Position numbers and translations under genes: made by a program. The notes under the pieces were generated by a model. It had not been told where the DNA came from. It did no database searches and saw only the letters and a program-made list of their open reading frames with translations. 64,000 nucleotides of DNA. Source: an uncultured bacterium. Lineage in GTDB: Bacteria; Acidobacteriota; Thermoanaerobaculia; Multivoradales; JAHZIX01. Every line of letters begins with the position of its first letter. Position 1 is the first letter of the stretch. The stretch covers positions 299,051-363,050 of the forward strand of contig CBDUPA010000004.1 in NCBI GenBank assembly GCA_965368975.1, in the 5' to 3' direction. This document shows, piece by piece, positions 26,965 to 37,033 of the stretch.

Positions 26965-28155
26965 TCAGCCGATCTTCAGCTCCAGCGGTTGATCGCTGCC
27001 GAGGAGGTCGCCACCGTCGAGCAAGTCGTCGCCAGAGCCGGCTTCCAGGTTCGAGTCCATTTCTTCGCGTGCAATGTCGGCGGTGAACTGGACGCCCTCG
27101 ATCTTGAGCTTGAATTCGTCCGGGTTGGTGGCGCGGCGTAGGGCTTCTTCGAGCGTGATCAGGCCCTGCTTGTAGAGCACGTACAGGGCTTGGTCGAACG
27201 TCTGCATACCGTACTGGCTGGTACCGAGCGCGATCTGCTCGCGGATGTACTTGGTCTTTTCTTTCTGCTCGATGCACTCGCGGATGTAGGGCGTCGTGAT
27301 CATGATCTCGGCCGCGGGTACACGGCCGATGCCATCGGAGCGAGGTACCAGGCGCATCGAGATGACGGATTTGAGAACCTGCCCGAGCTGAATACGCACC
27401 TGCTTCTGGTGGTGCGGTGGGAAGACGGAGATGATGCGGTTGATGGTCTCGGCAGCATCCATGGTGTGCAGGGTAGAGAACACCAAGTGGCCGGTCTCGG
27501 CCGCGTGCAGCGCCGTCTCGATGGTCTCGAAGTCGCGCATTTCACCGACCAGCACGACATCCGGATCCTGGCGCATGGCGGCGCGCAGGGCGGAGGGGAA
27601 GGTACGGGTGTCGACATCGATCTCGCGCTGATTGACCAGTGACTTCTTGTCACGATGCAGGAACTCGATCGGATCTTCGATGGTGATGATGTGCTCGGCG
27701 CGGCGCGTGTTGATGTGGTCGACCATGGCGGCCAGAGTGGTCGACTTACCGGAACCGGTGGTGCCGGTCACCAGTACCAGGCCACGACGTTCCTCGCAGA
27801 TCTTCTCGACCACCGCCGGCATCATCAGTTCGCGGATGGTCTTGATCTTGGACGGAATGACACGCATGACGAGGCCCACGGCACCTCGCTGCTGGAAGGC
27901 GTTGACGCGGAAGCGACCGAGCCCCGGCACGGAGTAGCTGAGGTCGAGTTCGAGCTCTTCTTTGAAGCGCTGCTTCTGACGGCCGTTCATCATCGAGAAC
28001 GCCATCTGGATGGTGTCCTCTTGCATCAAGCGCTTGATGTCACGGGTCTCTTGCAACTCGCCGTCGATACGGCACATCGGATGGCAACCCACCTTGAGAT
28101 GGATATCGGAAGCCTTCCGCTCGACGGCTATGTTGAGCAGCTCATTGATGTTCAT
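26965..28155 (-). CDS. pilT: Type IV pilus retraction ATPase PilT/PilU family
   Basis: ASDIHL, RFRVNAF, GTTGSGKSTT, TIEDPIE, MRQDPDVVLVGEMRD, GMQTFDQ. Confidence 0.9.
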   Translation of the reverse strand: MNINELLNIAVERKASDIHLKVGCHPMCRIDGELQETRDIKRLMQEDTIQMAFSMMNGRQKQRFKEELELDLSYSVPGLGRFRVNAFQQRGAVGLVMRVIPSKIKTIRELMMPAVVEKICEERRGLVLVTGTTGSGKSTTLAAMVDHINTRRAEHIITIEDPIEFLHRDKKSLVNQREIDVDTRTFPSALRAAMRQDPDVVLVGEMRDFETIETALHAAETGHLVFSTLHTMDAAETINRIISVFPPHHQKQVRIQLGQVLKSVISMRLVPRSDGIGRVPAAEIMITTPYIRECIEQKEKTKYIREQIALGTSQYGMQTFDQALYVLYKQGLITLEEALRRATNPDEFKLKIEGVQFTADIAREEMDSNLEAGSGDDLLDGGDLLGSDQPLELKIG

Positions 28156-28235
28156 CGGTCACTCCTGGGGCTGTCACTCTTGGCGTGGAAGAAGGGGTCG
28201 GGGCTCAGTGATCGTATTGGTGCGCGGCGGAGGTG

Positions 28236-28979
28236 TCAACGCGCCGCACCTGGGGCTTGGAAGGGCTCTCGAGGCGGCTGCAGCAGGATCGCGGCACCGG
28301 CCAGAGCAGCCGTCTCGATGCGCAGGACGGTGGAGCCAAGACCGCGCGGTTGCGTGCCGAGTTGGTCGAGTTGCGCGCGCTCGTCGTTGCTCCAGCCACC
28401 TTCTGGGCCGACCAGCAAGATGGCGCTCGGTGGACTGTCGACCCGTGGCGCGGCCAGGGCAGGAGCACCAGGGTCGAGGCGGTAAACGGAGCGCGGCTCG
28501 TGTACGGCGGTGAGCAACGCGGGCACTTCGTGCCAGTCGTGGACACCACTGAGCGTCGGTAGACGCGAGCGCTGACACTGTTCGAGCGCTGCTACCGCGA
28601 CGCGGCGCAGGCGTTCGAGGTTGCCGTCGCCGTAGCCCCGCGGATCTCGCTCGGTTCGCAGGAAGCGGATCGTCGTGACGCCGAGTTCGGTCGCCTTCTC
28701 GACCAGCCAGCTGGCGCGCTGGAAGCGTGGAGCCGCGACCAGCAGGTGTAGGTGCAGATTGGGCTCGCCGTTGGGTAGGGCTTCTCCCGTACCGACGCGG
28801 GCCTCCTTGCTGCCGACGTGCTCGACGAGGCCGGAGCGCGCTTGACCGGCTCCATCGACCAGTCGTAGCTCGGCACCAACGGGCAGCCGGCGCGAGCGAA
28901 ACAGGTGCCGATACGCATCGCCGCGCACCTGGAGGTGCGCGGCGTGGAATTCCTCAGCGGAAACGAGAAGCGTGATCAG
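28236..28979 (-). CDS. rsmE: 16S rRNA m3U1498 methyltransferase
   Basis: EKATELGV, AALEQCQR, LVGPEGGW, LRIETAA; start is either CTG 28979 or GTG 28928. Confidence 0.9.
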   Translation of the reverse strand: MITLLVSAEEFHAAHLQVRGDAYRHLFRSRRLPVGAELRLVDGAGQARSGLVEHVGSKEARVGTGEALPNGEPNLHLHLLVAAPRFQRASWLVEKATELGVTTIRFLRTERDPRGYGDGNLERLRRVAVAALEQCQRSRLPTLSGVHDWHEVPALLTAVHEPRSVYRLDPGAPALAAPRVDSPPSAILLVGPEGGWSNDERAQLDQLGTQPRGLGSTVLRIETAALAGAAILLQPPREPFQAPGAAR

Positions 28980-29014
28980 CCTGTCGGCCCTCTAAGCTTG
29001 GACTCGTCCTGGGA

Positions 29015-30703
29015 TCAGTTCGGTTTCTCGACGGCCTGCTTTTCCGCCAGCTGGGCCCGCTCTTCACGCAACTGGTGGCGGCGCGTGAGCAGGTCCCCGG
29101 CTTCGTCGAAGAGGCCGAGCGCGGTTTGGATCTGGTTGTCACCTTCTGCCAATGCGCGGTGCCAGGCGTCTTGGCCGAAGGCCGCGTTGAATACCTCGGC
29201 CCGGATCTGACGCATCGCGTAGTCGCGGTTCTTGGGCTCTTGCATCGCCTCGTCCCATTCTTCGGCGGTGGCGATCTCTTCGCTCACGACCCAATCACGG
29301 AAGGCGTTCAGCGTGCCCCCGTTGGGTTGCCAGGCCTCGTTGCGCACGGGCTTCTTGCCTTGGTAGTCGATGCCGAAGTTGAAGAAGGCGTTGTTGATCA
29401 ACAGCCGCTGACCGAAGCGTGGGATGGTCTGCGAGCGCACGGAAACGTCCGGTGTGATGCCGCCACCGGCATACACCGAGCGGCCCAGGTCCGTGGCGAA
29501 GACTTCGACGTCCTCGCCCAGCTCCAGATTCTCGCGTGTGATCTCCGGGCTGGTGCCGCTAGCGGCTTCGTTGGCTGCTTCCGTCTCGCCCGCTTCTTCT
29601 TCTGGGGCTCCGCCATCGTAGGCGTAGTAGTCGTAGAAGGAGGTGTAGTCGCGCTGGATCAGGCGTCCCGAGGGGGTGTAGTAGCGCGCAGTGGTCAGTG
29701 CCAGGCCAGCACCGTAGGACAGGCTGTAGACGGTCTGCACCAGCCCCTTGCCCCAGGTGCGGGTGCCGGTGATGACGCCGACGTCGTGGTCCTGGATGGC
29801 GCCGGCGAGAATCTCGGCCGCGGATGCGGTACCGCTGTTGACCAGCACGACCACTGGCAAGTCGAGATCTTCGTAGTTCTCACCAGCGTAGAACGCCTGG
29901 AAGCTGTTGCGGGTACGGCCTCGTGTCTCGACGATCTTGGTGCCTTCGGGCACGAACTGCTCGGAGACCTCGATCGCCTGGTCGAGCAGGCCGCCGCCGT
30001 TGTTGCGCAGGTCGATCAGCAGTTGCTGCATGCCCTGTTCCTTGAGCTTGTCGAGCGTGTCCGCGACTTCCGAGCCGGTACTGCGGTTGAAGTCCGTGAT
30101 GCGCAGGTAGCCGGTTTCCGGTGTCAGCATGTAGGCGTAGCGTACGGTGGTTTGCGGGATCTCCGCTCGCGTCACGCTCATCGCCAGCGGCTCGTCGACG
30201 CCGCCGCGCAGGACCGTGATGTCGACCTCGGTGCCCTTCGGGCCCTTGAGCTTGCTCACGGCTTCGTCGAGCGTGATCGACTCGGTGCTCTCGCCGCCGA
30301 TCGTGTCGATGATGTCTCCAGCTTGGATGCCCAGCCGTGCCGCGGGTCCGCCCTCGATCGGGGTGATCACTGTGACCCGTCCGTTACGGATACCGACCAT
30401 GATGCCGAGACCGTAGAAGTGCGAGCGCTGACGGTCGCGCATGTCGTCGTAGGCGCGTGGCGGCAGGAAGTTGGTGTGAGGATCGAGGGTGCGGGTCATG
30501 CCGTTGATCGAGGCATAGACCAGGTCTTGGTAGGTCACCTCGTCGCCGTAGTGCTGGTGTGCGGCGGTGATCAGCTCGGTGTAGAGCCGGAGCGAGGAGC
30601 GGGCCTCGTCGGTCATGGCCTGGATGTGCGTGCCGTAAAGGCCGCCGGCCACAACTGCGAGGACGAAGAGGAGGACGGTCGTGTTGCGCCAGGACTTTCT
30701 CAT
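29015..30703 (-). CDS. S41 carboxy-terminal processing protease with PDZ domain
   Basis: LDPHT, DLRNNGGGLL, TASAAEILAGAIQD, GKGLVQ, RYYTPSGR, GGITPD. Confidence 0.93.
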   Translation of the reverse strand: MRKSWRNTTVLLFVLAVVAGGLYGTHIQAMTDEARSSLRLYTELITAAHQHYGDEVTYQDLVYASINGMTRTLDPHTNFLPPRAYDDMRDRQRSHFYGLGIMVGIRNGRVTVITPIEGGPAARLGIQAGDIIDTIGGESTESITLDEAVSKLKGPKGTEVDITVLRGGVDEPLAMSVTRAEIPQTTVRYAYMLTPETGYLRITDFNRSTGSEVADTLDKLKEQGMQQLLIDLRNNGGGLLDQAIEVSEQFVPEGTKIVETRGRTRNSFQAFYAGENYEDLDLPVVVLVNSGTASAAEILAGAIQDHDVGVITGTRTWGKGLVQTVYSLSYGAGLALTTARYYTPSGRLIQRDYTSFYDYYAYDGGAPEEEAGETEAANEAASGTSPEITRENLELGEDVEVFATDLGRSVYAGGGITPDVSVRSQTIPRFGQRLLINNAFFNFGIDYQGKKPVRNEAWQPNGGTLNAFRDWVVSEEIATAEEWDEAMQEPKNRDYAMRQIRAEVFNAAFGQDAWHRALAEGDNQIQTALGLFDEAGDLLTRRHQLREERAQLAEKQAVEKPN

Positions 30704-30871
30704 AGATGGAGTGTATCATTCGGCCTGTGCCGTATCCGACGCCGTGCATTCGACGCCGGAGCGTGTTTCTAGAACTTACGTACCGCTGGTCAGGCTGGAT
30801 TATTCCGCTGCGAACCCGTTCGTTGGCAGCACCTCCCAGGCCGGTGAGTCCCGGATCGACCTCCTGAATCC

Positions 30872-31300
30872 ATGATCGGCTCCCTGGGCTTCGCAGAAGT
30901 CGCCTTCATCGTCCTCCTCGCCTTGCTCATCTTCGGCCCGCGCAAGCTGCCGGAGCTGGCTCGCTCGGCGGGCAAGGCCATGGGGGAACTGCGCCGGGCG
31001 ACCGACGAGGTCAAGCGCACGTTCAACACCGAGCTGGCCCTGGATCCCGACGAAGCTCCGCGCACGGAGCGACGGCCGAGCATGGCGCCCAAACAGGCGC
31101 AGCTACCCGAAGACGATGCATCGACGATCGACCCATCCCCGCGCATCGCCGTCGCCAGTGGTGCGCAGCCGCAGCAGGGCTTGTCGTCGCGAGCGGTGTC
31201 GGAAGAGCCACATCAGCAGGACGAGTCACCTCGCCGGCCGGCTCACGGGGAAGATCCTGACGCCGAGGTTGCCGCTTCCGAGTCGTCGCGGGAGGCCTGA
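30872..31300 (+). CDS. Twin-arginine translocase TatA/TatB subunit
   Basis: GFAEVAFIVLLALLIFGPRKLPELARSAGK; upstream of tatC. Confidence 0.9.
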   Translation: MIGSLGFAEVAFIVLLALLIFGPRKLPELARSAGKAMGELRRATDEVKRTFNTELALDPDEAPRTERRPSMAPKQAQLPEDDASTIDPSPRIAVASGAQPQQGLSSRAVSEEPHQQDESPRRPAHGEDPDAEVAASESSREA

Positions 31301-31305
31301 ATTCC

Positions 31306-32190
31306 GTGACCGACCGCGCGCTGCCGCCGTCCGAGCCAGACCCTGACGGGCGGCTTGCTTCTGCGGGCTCCGCTGCTGTGCCAGGCTCGGCTTCGAAGGG
31401 TCAGGCCGCCGCCGAAGAGCTGCCCCGCATGGGCTTGCTCGATCACCTGGACGAACTGCGCAAGCGAATCCTGCGCAGCGTCATCGTGGTGATCGTTGGC
31501 TTCCTCGGTTGCTGGTCCTTCGCCCCCTGGTTCGTCGAGATCCTCAGCCGGCCGATCACGCCTCTGCTGCCCGCCGATCGCAAGCTCGCCTTCTTCGCCC
31601 CCACCGAAGCCTTCATGCTCTACATCAAGGTGTCGCTCTTGGTGTCGATCTTCTTGATGGCTCCGTTCCTGCTCTACCAGCTGTGGGCCTTCATCTCTCC
31701 CGGGCTGTACCGCAAGGAAAAGCGTTTCGCCATCCCTTTCATCTTCTTTGGCAGCGTCTTCTTCCTCGCCGGTGGCGTCTTCGCCTACTACGTCGCGCTG
31801 CCGTTCGCGCTCGAGTTTCTGGTCGACCTCGGCAGCGAGCAGTTCGAGCCGCTCATCTCAGCCACCACGTACTTCCACTTTATGATGGCGGTCGTGCTCG
31901 GCCTCGGCGTCATGTTCGAGTTGCCGATCCTGATCTTCCTGCTCTCCTGGATCGGCATCGTGACCCCGCGCTTCCTGATGCGGCACTTCCGCTGGGCGGT
32001 GCTGCTGATCTTCATCGTTTCGGCGATCATCACGCCGACGCCGGACATCTTCAATCTGTGCTTGTTCGCGCTGCCGACGTTGGCGCTCTACCTGCTCGGC
32101 GTCGGGGTGTCGGCGGTGGTGTTGGGGAATCGGAAGCGGCTGGCCACACAGAAAGCTGCTGACGTCGAGGGTTCCGAGGGCGAGACCTAG
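31306..32190 (+). CDS. tatC: Twin-arginine translocase subunit TatC
   Basis: MGLLDHLDELRKR, YQLWAFISPGLY, FELP, IITPTPD. Confidence 0.95.
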   Translation: MTDRALPPSEPDPDGRLASAGSAAVPGSASKGQAAAEELPRMGLLDHLDELRKRILRSVIVVIVGFLGCWSFAPWFVEILSRPITPLLPADRKLAFFAPTEAFMLYIKVSLLVSIFLMAPFLLYQLWAFISPGLYRKEKRFAIPFIFFGSVFFLAGGVFAYYVALPFALEFLVDLGSEQFEPLISATTYFHFMMAVVLGLGVMFELPILIFLLSWIGIVTPRFLMRHFRWAVLLIFIVSAIITPTPDIFNLCLFALPTLALYLLGVGVSAVVLGNRKRLATQKAADVEGSEGET

Positions 32191-34076
32191 AGTAGCTCCG
32201 CGATCTCTCTCGACCGCTGGACCAACTCCTCGACCATCGCCTCGACGTCCGTCAGCTTCGGCACTTGACGCAGATACTCGATGTCGTCGAGCAGCTTCTC
32301 GAGTTCCGCCATGGTCGCTTGCTGCACCTTGCGGTGGCGCAGGAAGCGTCCCCAGTCTGCCTGTGGGGTGTCCTTGGGGAGGAGCTCGCGCGTGATCAGG
32401 AAGTGTTCCCAGGCGACGACGGCTTCACTGACGGCGCGGCGAGCGGCACGGTGGCGGAAGGCGGCGGTGAGCTCGTGGACGAGGTGTTCGACCTGGTCTC
32501 GCCGTTGGCGTCGACGTGCCAGGCGGGTCTGGATCTGTTCGCGGCGGCTGAGTAGCGTGAAAGCGATGGAGACGGCGGCGAGGATGGGCCACCACCATCT
32601 AGAGAGGTGCTGTGGCTCGGCGGTGGTTTGCGTTCCGGTGGTTTGCGTCTCGGCGGTCGGCTCCTCGCCGGTCGTTGTCTTGGGGAGAGGGTTGGCCGGA
32701 TCGACGACCAGCTGCAACTCGTCTGTGGTCGCCAGGTGGTAGGCCTTGGATTCGGGATCAAAGTAGAGGAGGCGCACCGCGGGGACGGTGAAGGTGCCCT
32801 CGTGCTCCGGCACCAGGACGTAGCCCCATCTCTGGGTTTGCCAGACGACGTCGTTCTCGATCTTTTGCTCGGTACGCTGTTCTGGCGGCAGTTGCTGGAA
32901 GCTCTCGGGCAGCGTGAAGGTTGGAGCCGGGAGGACTTGCAGGTGGCCGTTGCTGACGGCAGTGAGCGTCCAGGTGGTGGCGGTGCCGGCGGCGACGCTA
33001 GCTGGCGTCAGCGTCGCGCTGAAGTCGACCTCGCCTACCAGGGTCTGGCCGAGCTGTCCCGAACGCAGGACGCCTTGGGCGGTCAAGTCCGCGATGGACA
33101 CACCGTCGACCTCGTCCGGCAGGGGGGGCAGCTCGCGGGCCTGGAGGGCGAGGCGGTTGCTGCGCCGGCGAACCTGTTCCTCGGTGGGGGCACCTGGTGG
33201 CCTATCGGGAGTTTGAGCGGAAGGTAGCTTGATATTCATCTGCGCCTCGGCGGCTTCGAGGACCAACTCACCGGATTGCAGCGGGAAGAGGGCGCGCTGC
33301 AGCAGGATGGCGCGACTGAAACGCTCGCCGCCGTCTTCGATGCTGCGGGCGGGGCGTTGACCGACGATCATTTCGTGCACCCAGAAGCCGCGAAACTCGG
33401 GCAGGGCCCGCGGGCGAATGCCACTGATGTTGCTCTGGTAGTCGAGGTACAGGCGGTAGCGGATCTGCTGACCGACGTAGGGCTGGCTGGGTGTGATGGT
33501 GGCGCGCAGCCGCACCTGCGGTGGTGAACGCGGGGGAGGAGGGGACGGCGGTGGTGGCGTGGTGGCACGAGGCAGGGTGCGGCGGGGACTCACGCCAGCC
33601 GCTCGCGGCGGCGCCTCGACCTGTACGTCGATGTACTGGCTGGGAAGTTCGAAGGTGCGACTGCCCAGGCGGACGCGGATTTTACGCACGCGTGCCTTGC
33701 CGACTCGCTGCGGTCGCAGGTGCCAGACCCAGGCGTCGAGACTGGACTGTAGGCCCTGGCGACGCAGAGCGTCACCGCGGCGGCGCTCAGGGCCACGAAC
33801 AACTTCGAGGTTGTCGAGTTCGAAGTCGACGATCGGCTTGTGGGTGGCGAGGCCCCGGCCGCCCAGATTGTGCACGAAGATCTGGAACTGGACCTCTTCG
33901 TCGAGGCCGATCAGTGCCGGTTCCAGGACGGCTTGCAGGCGCAGGTCGCTGTTGGCGTGCACGGGTCGTTCCGCACTCGCGACCACGGCCAGGAGCAGCA
34001 TGGCGACCAGCAGGCGTGTCTTCAGCTGGACACCGACCCGGACTCGCCCGCATGGAGCGTTACCAGTCAGGTGCAC
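32187..34076 (-). CDS. BatD-like protein
   Basis: PYVGQQ, ALFPLQSG, YFDP motifs; end of moxR-VWA operon; start uncertain. Confidence 0.75.
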   Translation of the reverse strand: MHLTGNAPCGRVRVGVQLKTRLLVAMLLLAVVASAERPVHANSDLRLQAVLEPALIGLDEEVQFQIFVHNLGGRGLATHKPIVDFELDNLEVVRGPERRRGDALRRQGLQSSLDAWVWHLRPQRVGKARVRKIRVRLGSRTFELPSQYIDVQVEAPPRAAGVSPRRTLPRATTPPPPSPPPPRSPPQVRLRATITPSQPYVGQQIRYRLYLDYQSNISGIRPRALPEFRGFWVHEMIVGQRPARSIEDGGERFSRAILLQRALFPLQSGELVLEAAEAQMNIKLPSAQTPDRPPGAPTEEQVRRRSNRLALQARELPPLPDEVDGVSIADLTAQGVLRSGQLGQTLVGEVDFSATLTPASVAAGTATTWTLTAVSNGHLQVLPAPTFTLPESFQQLPPEQRTEQKIENDVVWQTQRWGYVLVPEHEGTFTVPAVRLLYFDPESKAYHLATTDELQLVVDPANPLPKTTTGEEPTAETQTTGTQTTAEPQHLSRWWWPILAAVSIAFTLLSRREQIQTRLARRRQRRDQVEHLVHELTAAFRHRAARRAVSEAVVAWEHFLITRELLPKDTPQADWGRFLRHRKVQQATMAELEKLLDDIEYLRQVPKLTDVEAMVEELVQRSREIAELL

Positions 34077-35895
34077 CGCTGTTGGGCCGGGCCCGCTGAG
34101 GCTCGGACTGCTCCTGTTGCTGCTGGCGTTCCAGGTTGTCGACCGCGTTGAGCAGAGCCTGCGCTTGCTCGGGCGTCATCTCTTCTTGCTCCTCGAAGCC
34201 GTCCGATGGCTGTGGCTGTGGCTGTGGTGGAGGCGGTTCGGGCGCTGGTGGCGGTGGTGGCTGCGGTGGTGCGGAGGGCGACTCGGGCTGTTGTTGCAGC
34301 AAGGCCCATTCGAGGTTGAACTTGGCGTCCTGGTGGCCGGGGTCGACGCGCAGCGCTTGTTTGTAGGCCTCGATAGCGGCCGCGGCATCGTTGGCGTCGA
34401 GATGGGCGTTGCCGAGGTTGTACCAGGCGTCGGCGGCCAGGTCACTCCCTGCCGTGGCTCCAGCAGCCATTGCTGCGTCGGCGGCGGCCTGCAGCAACTC
34501 GATGGCGTCCTCGATGTCGCTACCGGAGGCGGAGAGGCTTGTCCCAGCGTTGTAGAGGACGCGCGGATCGTCCGGCGCCCAGCGGCGTGCTTGTTCGAAG
34601 TCTTCGGCGGCACTGGTGAAGTTGCCCTCGCGGTAGGCGGCGAGGCCGCTGCCGGTGGCGGCACGCGGGTTGTGCCACAGGCGCTCATTCCAGCTGGGGT
34701 CGTCGCTGGTGGCTGGGGCCGCGGCGAGTGCCGGATCCGAGGTCGCACCGACGGCCGACGAAGGCCCGTCTGGCGTGGTCGGGCGATCCTGCGCGTGCGG
34801 TACAGGGCCCGGCAGGACGAGCAAGAGCCCAGCGAGAGCCGCGGTGATTCGCGGGCGGCGCCGTGGCCGAGGGGGGCTGGCGCCAGGAGTCGAGGGCGGA
34901 GCGGGGCGCAGGAAGAGCTGCAGCAGCAGGGCGACAACGGCAGCGACGAGCGGCAGCTGGAAGCGCTCTCGCAGCGTCTCGTTGCGCGCGCCGGGTCGAG
35001 TATCGGCGAGCAGGGGCTGGCCGCGCAGCTGGTCGAGGTGCTGTAGCAGCGGTGCTGGATCGATGCCGGCACGCTGTGCTTCCAGGTACAGACCGCCGGT
35101 GGCGTCGACGAGTTGCTGCAGCGGTTCTGGCCGCAGCCGGCTGATGACCGGGCTGCCGTCGCTATGGCGCTTGAAATCGCTGTCGCCGACAGCGGCTGGA
35201 ACCCGTGCGCCCTCGAGGGTGCCGATGCCCACCGCATAGACGGTGATGCCAGCATTGCGCAGCCGTTGCAGCTGCATCGCGAGCTCGCCGGAATGGTCCT
35301 CGCCGTCGGTGAGTAGCAGGATCACGCGCTGGCGGTCGCCAGTGTCGGCGAGCAAGGCAGCGGCCTGCGGCAGAGCGGCCGCCAGCGAGGTGCCGGGGAC
35401 GATCAGGCTGCCGGCATGGACGCTGTCGAGCATCAAGTCGAGGCCGTCGAGATCGGGTGTCAACGGCGAAATGACATGGCCTTGTCCCTCCATCAGAACC
35501 AGCGCGACACGGCCGCCTCGCAGTTCGGGCAGGAGTTGTCGAGTCAGTGACTTGGCAGCGTCCAGGCGGGACGGCAGGACGTCGTCGACGGCCATCGACA
35601 GGGAGGCGTCGAGCAACAGCACGACATCGGCTCCGCGCGCTGGGCGGCTGGAGCCATCGTGGCCCCAGCGCGGTCTCGCCAGTCCGATCACGATGGCGAG
35701 GACGGCGACGGTGAGCAGCACTGTCGCCGTCCACAAGCGCCAGGGCTCGATGCAGTAGTCGAGGCGTCGCCACAGTCCGCGCGCTGCCCAAGCACGGCTG
35801 GCGCGCATCCAGCGCCGCCACAGCAGCACCGCGGTCAGCGCTGCCAGGGGAGCCAGCGGCAGCAGCCAGAGCGCGGAGGGTTGCTGGAAGTTCAT
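34060..35895 (-). CDS. BatB/BatC-like VWA-TPR fusion
   Basis: ARPRWG, DASLSM MIDAS, TDGED; TPR WYNLGN..YKQAL..DAKFNLE; MTPEQAQALL. Confidence 0.85.
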   Translation of the reverse strand: MNFQQPSALWLLPLAPLAALTAVLLWRRWMRASRAWAARGLWRRLDYCIEPWRLWTATVLLTVAVLAIVIGLARPRWGHDGSSRPARGADVVLLLDASLSMAVDDVLPSRLDAAKSLTRQLLPELRGGRVALVLMEGQGHVISPLTPDLDGLDLMLDSVHAGSLIVPGTSLAAALPQAAALLADTGDRQRVILLLTDGEDHSGELAMQLQRLRNAGITVYAVGIGTLEGARVPAAVGDSDFKRHSDGSPVISRLRPEPLQQLVDATGGLYLEAQRAGIDPAPLLQHLDQLRGQPLLADTRPGARNETLRERFQLPLVAAVVALLLQLFLRPAPPSTPGASPPRPRRRPRITAALAGLLLVLPGPVPHAQDRPTTPDGPSSAVGATSDPALAAAPATSDDPSWNERLWHNPRAATGSGLAAYREGNFTSAAEDFEQARRWAPDDPRVLYNAGTSLSASGSDIEDAIELLQAAADAAMAAGATAGSDLAADAWYNLGNAHLDANDAAAAIEAYKQALRVDPGHQDAKFNLEWALLQQQPESPSAPPQPPPPPAPEPPPPQPQPQPSDGFEEQEEMTPEQAQALLNAVDNLERQQQQEQSEPQRARPNSGAPDW

Positions 35896-35923
35896 CAGGG
35901 CTCGAGCCTCAACAGTTCGACTC

Positions 35924-37033
35924 TCAGGGCTCTACCGTCCAGCCCACGGCCGAAGCCAGCAGTGGCAACAGCAGCAGCGCCAGGCCGGTGAGGGCGAAGG
36001 GCGGGAAGATCTCGCGGTACTCGACGTGCTCGCGCACCGTGCGCTCGGTGGTCTCGAGACGGTCGATCTCGGCGAAGATGCGGCGTAGGGCGTCGGGATC
36101 GCTGGCGAGGAAGAAGCGGCCACCGGTGTGGTCGGCGATGTGCTGCAGTAGTTCCTCGTCGACCTCCATGCGGGTGTAGACGCGCTCGACCTGGCGCTGG
36201 CCGGTGCGCGGGTCGACGTAGGTGCGTGGAACCGGTACCTGGCCGTCCGTGCCGACGCCGACGGTGTAGACCTTGAGGCCCAGGCCGCGGCAGAGCGAGG
36301 CTGCCGATCGCGGGTCGATCTCACCGCCGTTGTTGGCGCCATCGGTGACCAGTACGACGACGCGGGAAGTGGCATCGGAGGTGCGTAGGCGCGCCGCGGC
36401 GGTGGCCAGAGCGACGCCGATAGCGGTACCGTCCGGCAATGTTTCCAGCTGCACACCATCGACCATGCGTTGCAGCGCTGGGCCGTCGGTGGTCAGCGGT
36501 GAGCGGGTGACCGCGCTGCCGGCGAAGATCACCAAGCCGACACGGTCGCGCCGTGAGTCGGGGGCGAAGCGTGGTGTCCGGCTGCCGGGGTCCGCGGCCG
36601 TGGTGCTGGGGCCGCGGCCGCTGGCGGTGCGGCTGGCGACGAATTGCTTGACCACGTCCTTGGCCACCGCCAGGCGGTTGCGTGGTTGGAAGTCTTCGGC
36701 AGCCATCGAACCGGAGACGTCGAGCGCGATCTGGATGTCGATGCCTTCGGTGGTGATCTCTTCCCAGGTCTGGCCCAGTTGTGGACGCGCCAGGGCGATG
36801 ATGAGCAGCGCCAGCGCCAGCAGTCGGCAGTAGATGGGCAGGTGCAGCCGCCAAGCACCACCACTGCCGGCTGGCAAGCGGCTGTAGGTGAGGGCGGGCA
36901 GTCGGTCCCGGGTGGCGTGTCGATGGTGACGCCAGAGCAGCAATGGCACGGCGAGCAGGAGTAGCAACCACGCCGGATCGGCGAGCTGGGGTTGGCTCGC
37001 GGCGAGCAGGGAGCTGGGCGCGAGCAGGTTCAT
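35924..37033 (-). CDS. BatA-like VWA protein
   Basis: ALARPQ, DVSGSMAAEDF, GTAIG, TDGANNGG, TGGRFF. Confidence 0.88.
   Translation of the reverse strand: MNLLAPSSLLAASQPQLADPAWLLLLLAVPLLLWRHHRHATRDRLPALTYSRLPAGSGGAWRLHLPIYCRLLALALLIIALARPQLGQTWEEITTEGIDIQIALDVSGSMAAEDFQPRNRLAVAKDVVKQFVASRTASGRGPSTTAADPGSRTPRFAPDSRRDRVGLVIFAGSAVTRSPLTTDGPALQRMVDGVQLETLPDGTAIGVALATAAARLRTSDATSRVVVLVTDGANNGGEIDPRSAASLCRGLGLKVYTVGVGTDGQVPVPRTYVDPRTGQRQVERVYTRMEVDEELLQHIADHTGGRFFLASDPDALRRIFAEIDRLETTERTVREHVEYREIFPPFALTGLALLLLPLLASAVGWTVEP

Noticed and set aside
34205-34290. TGTGGC/GGT short repeats
   Set aside because: They encode a Pro/Gln linker within the VWA-TPR protein
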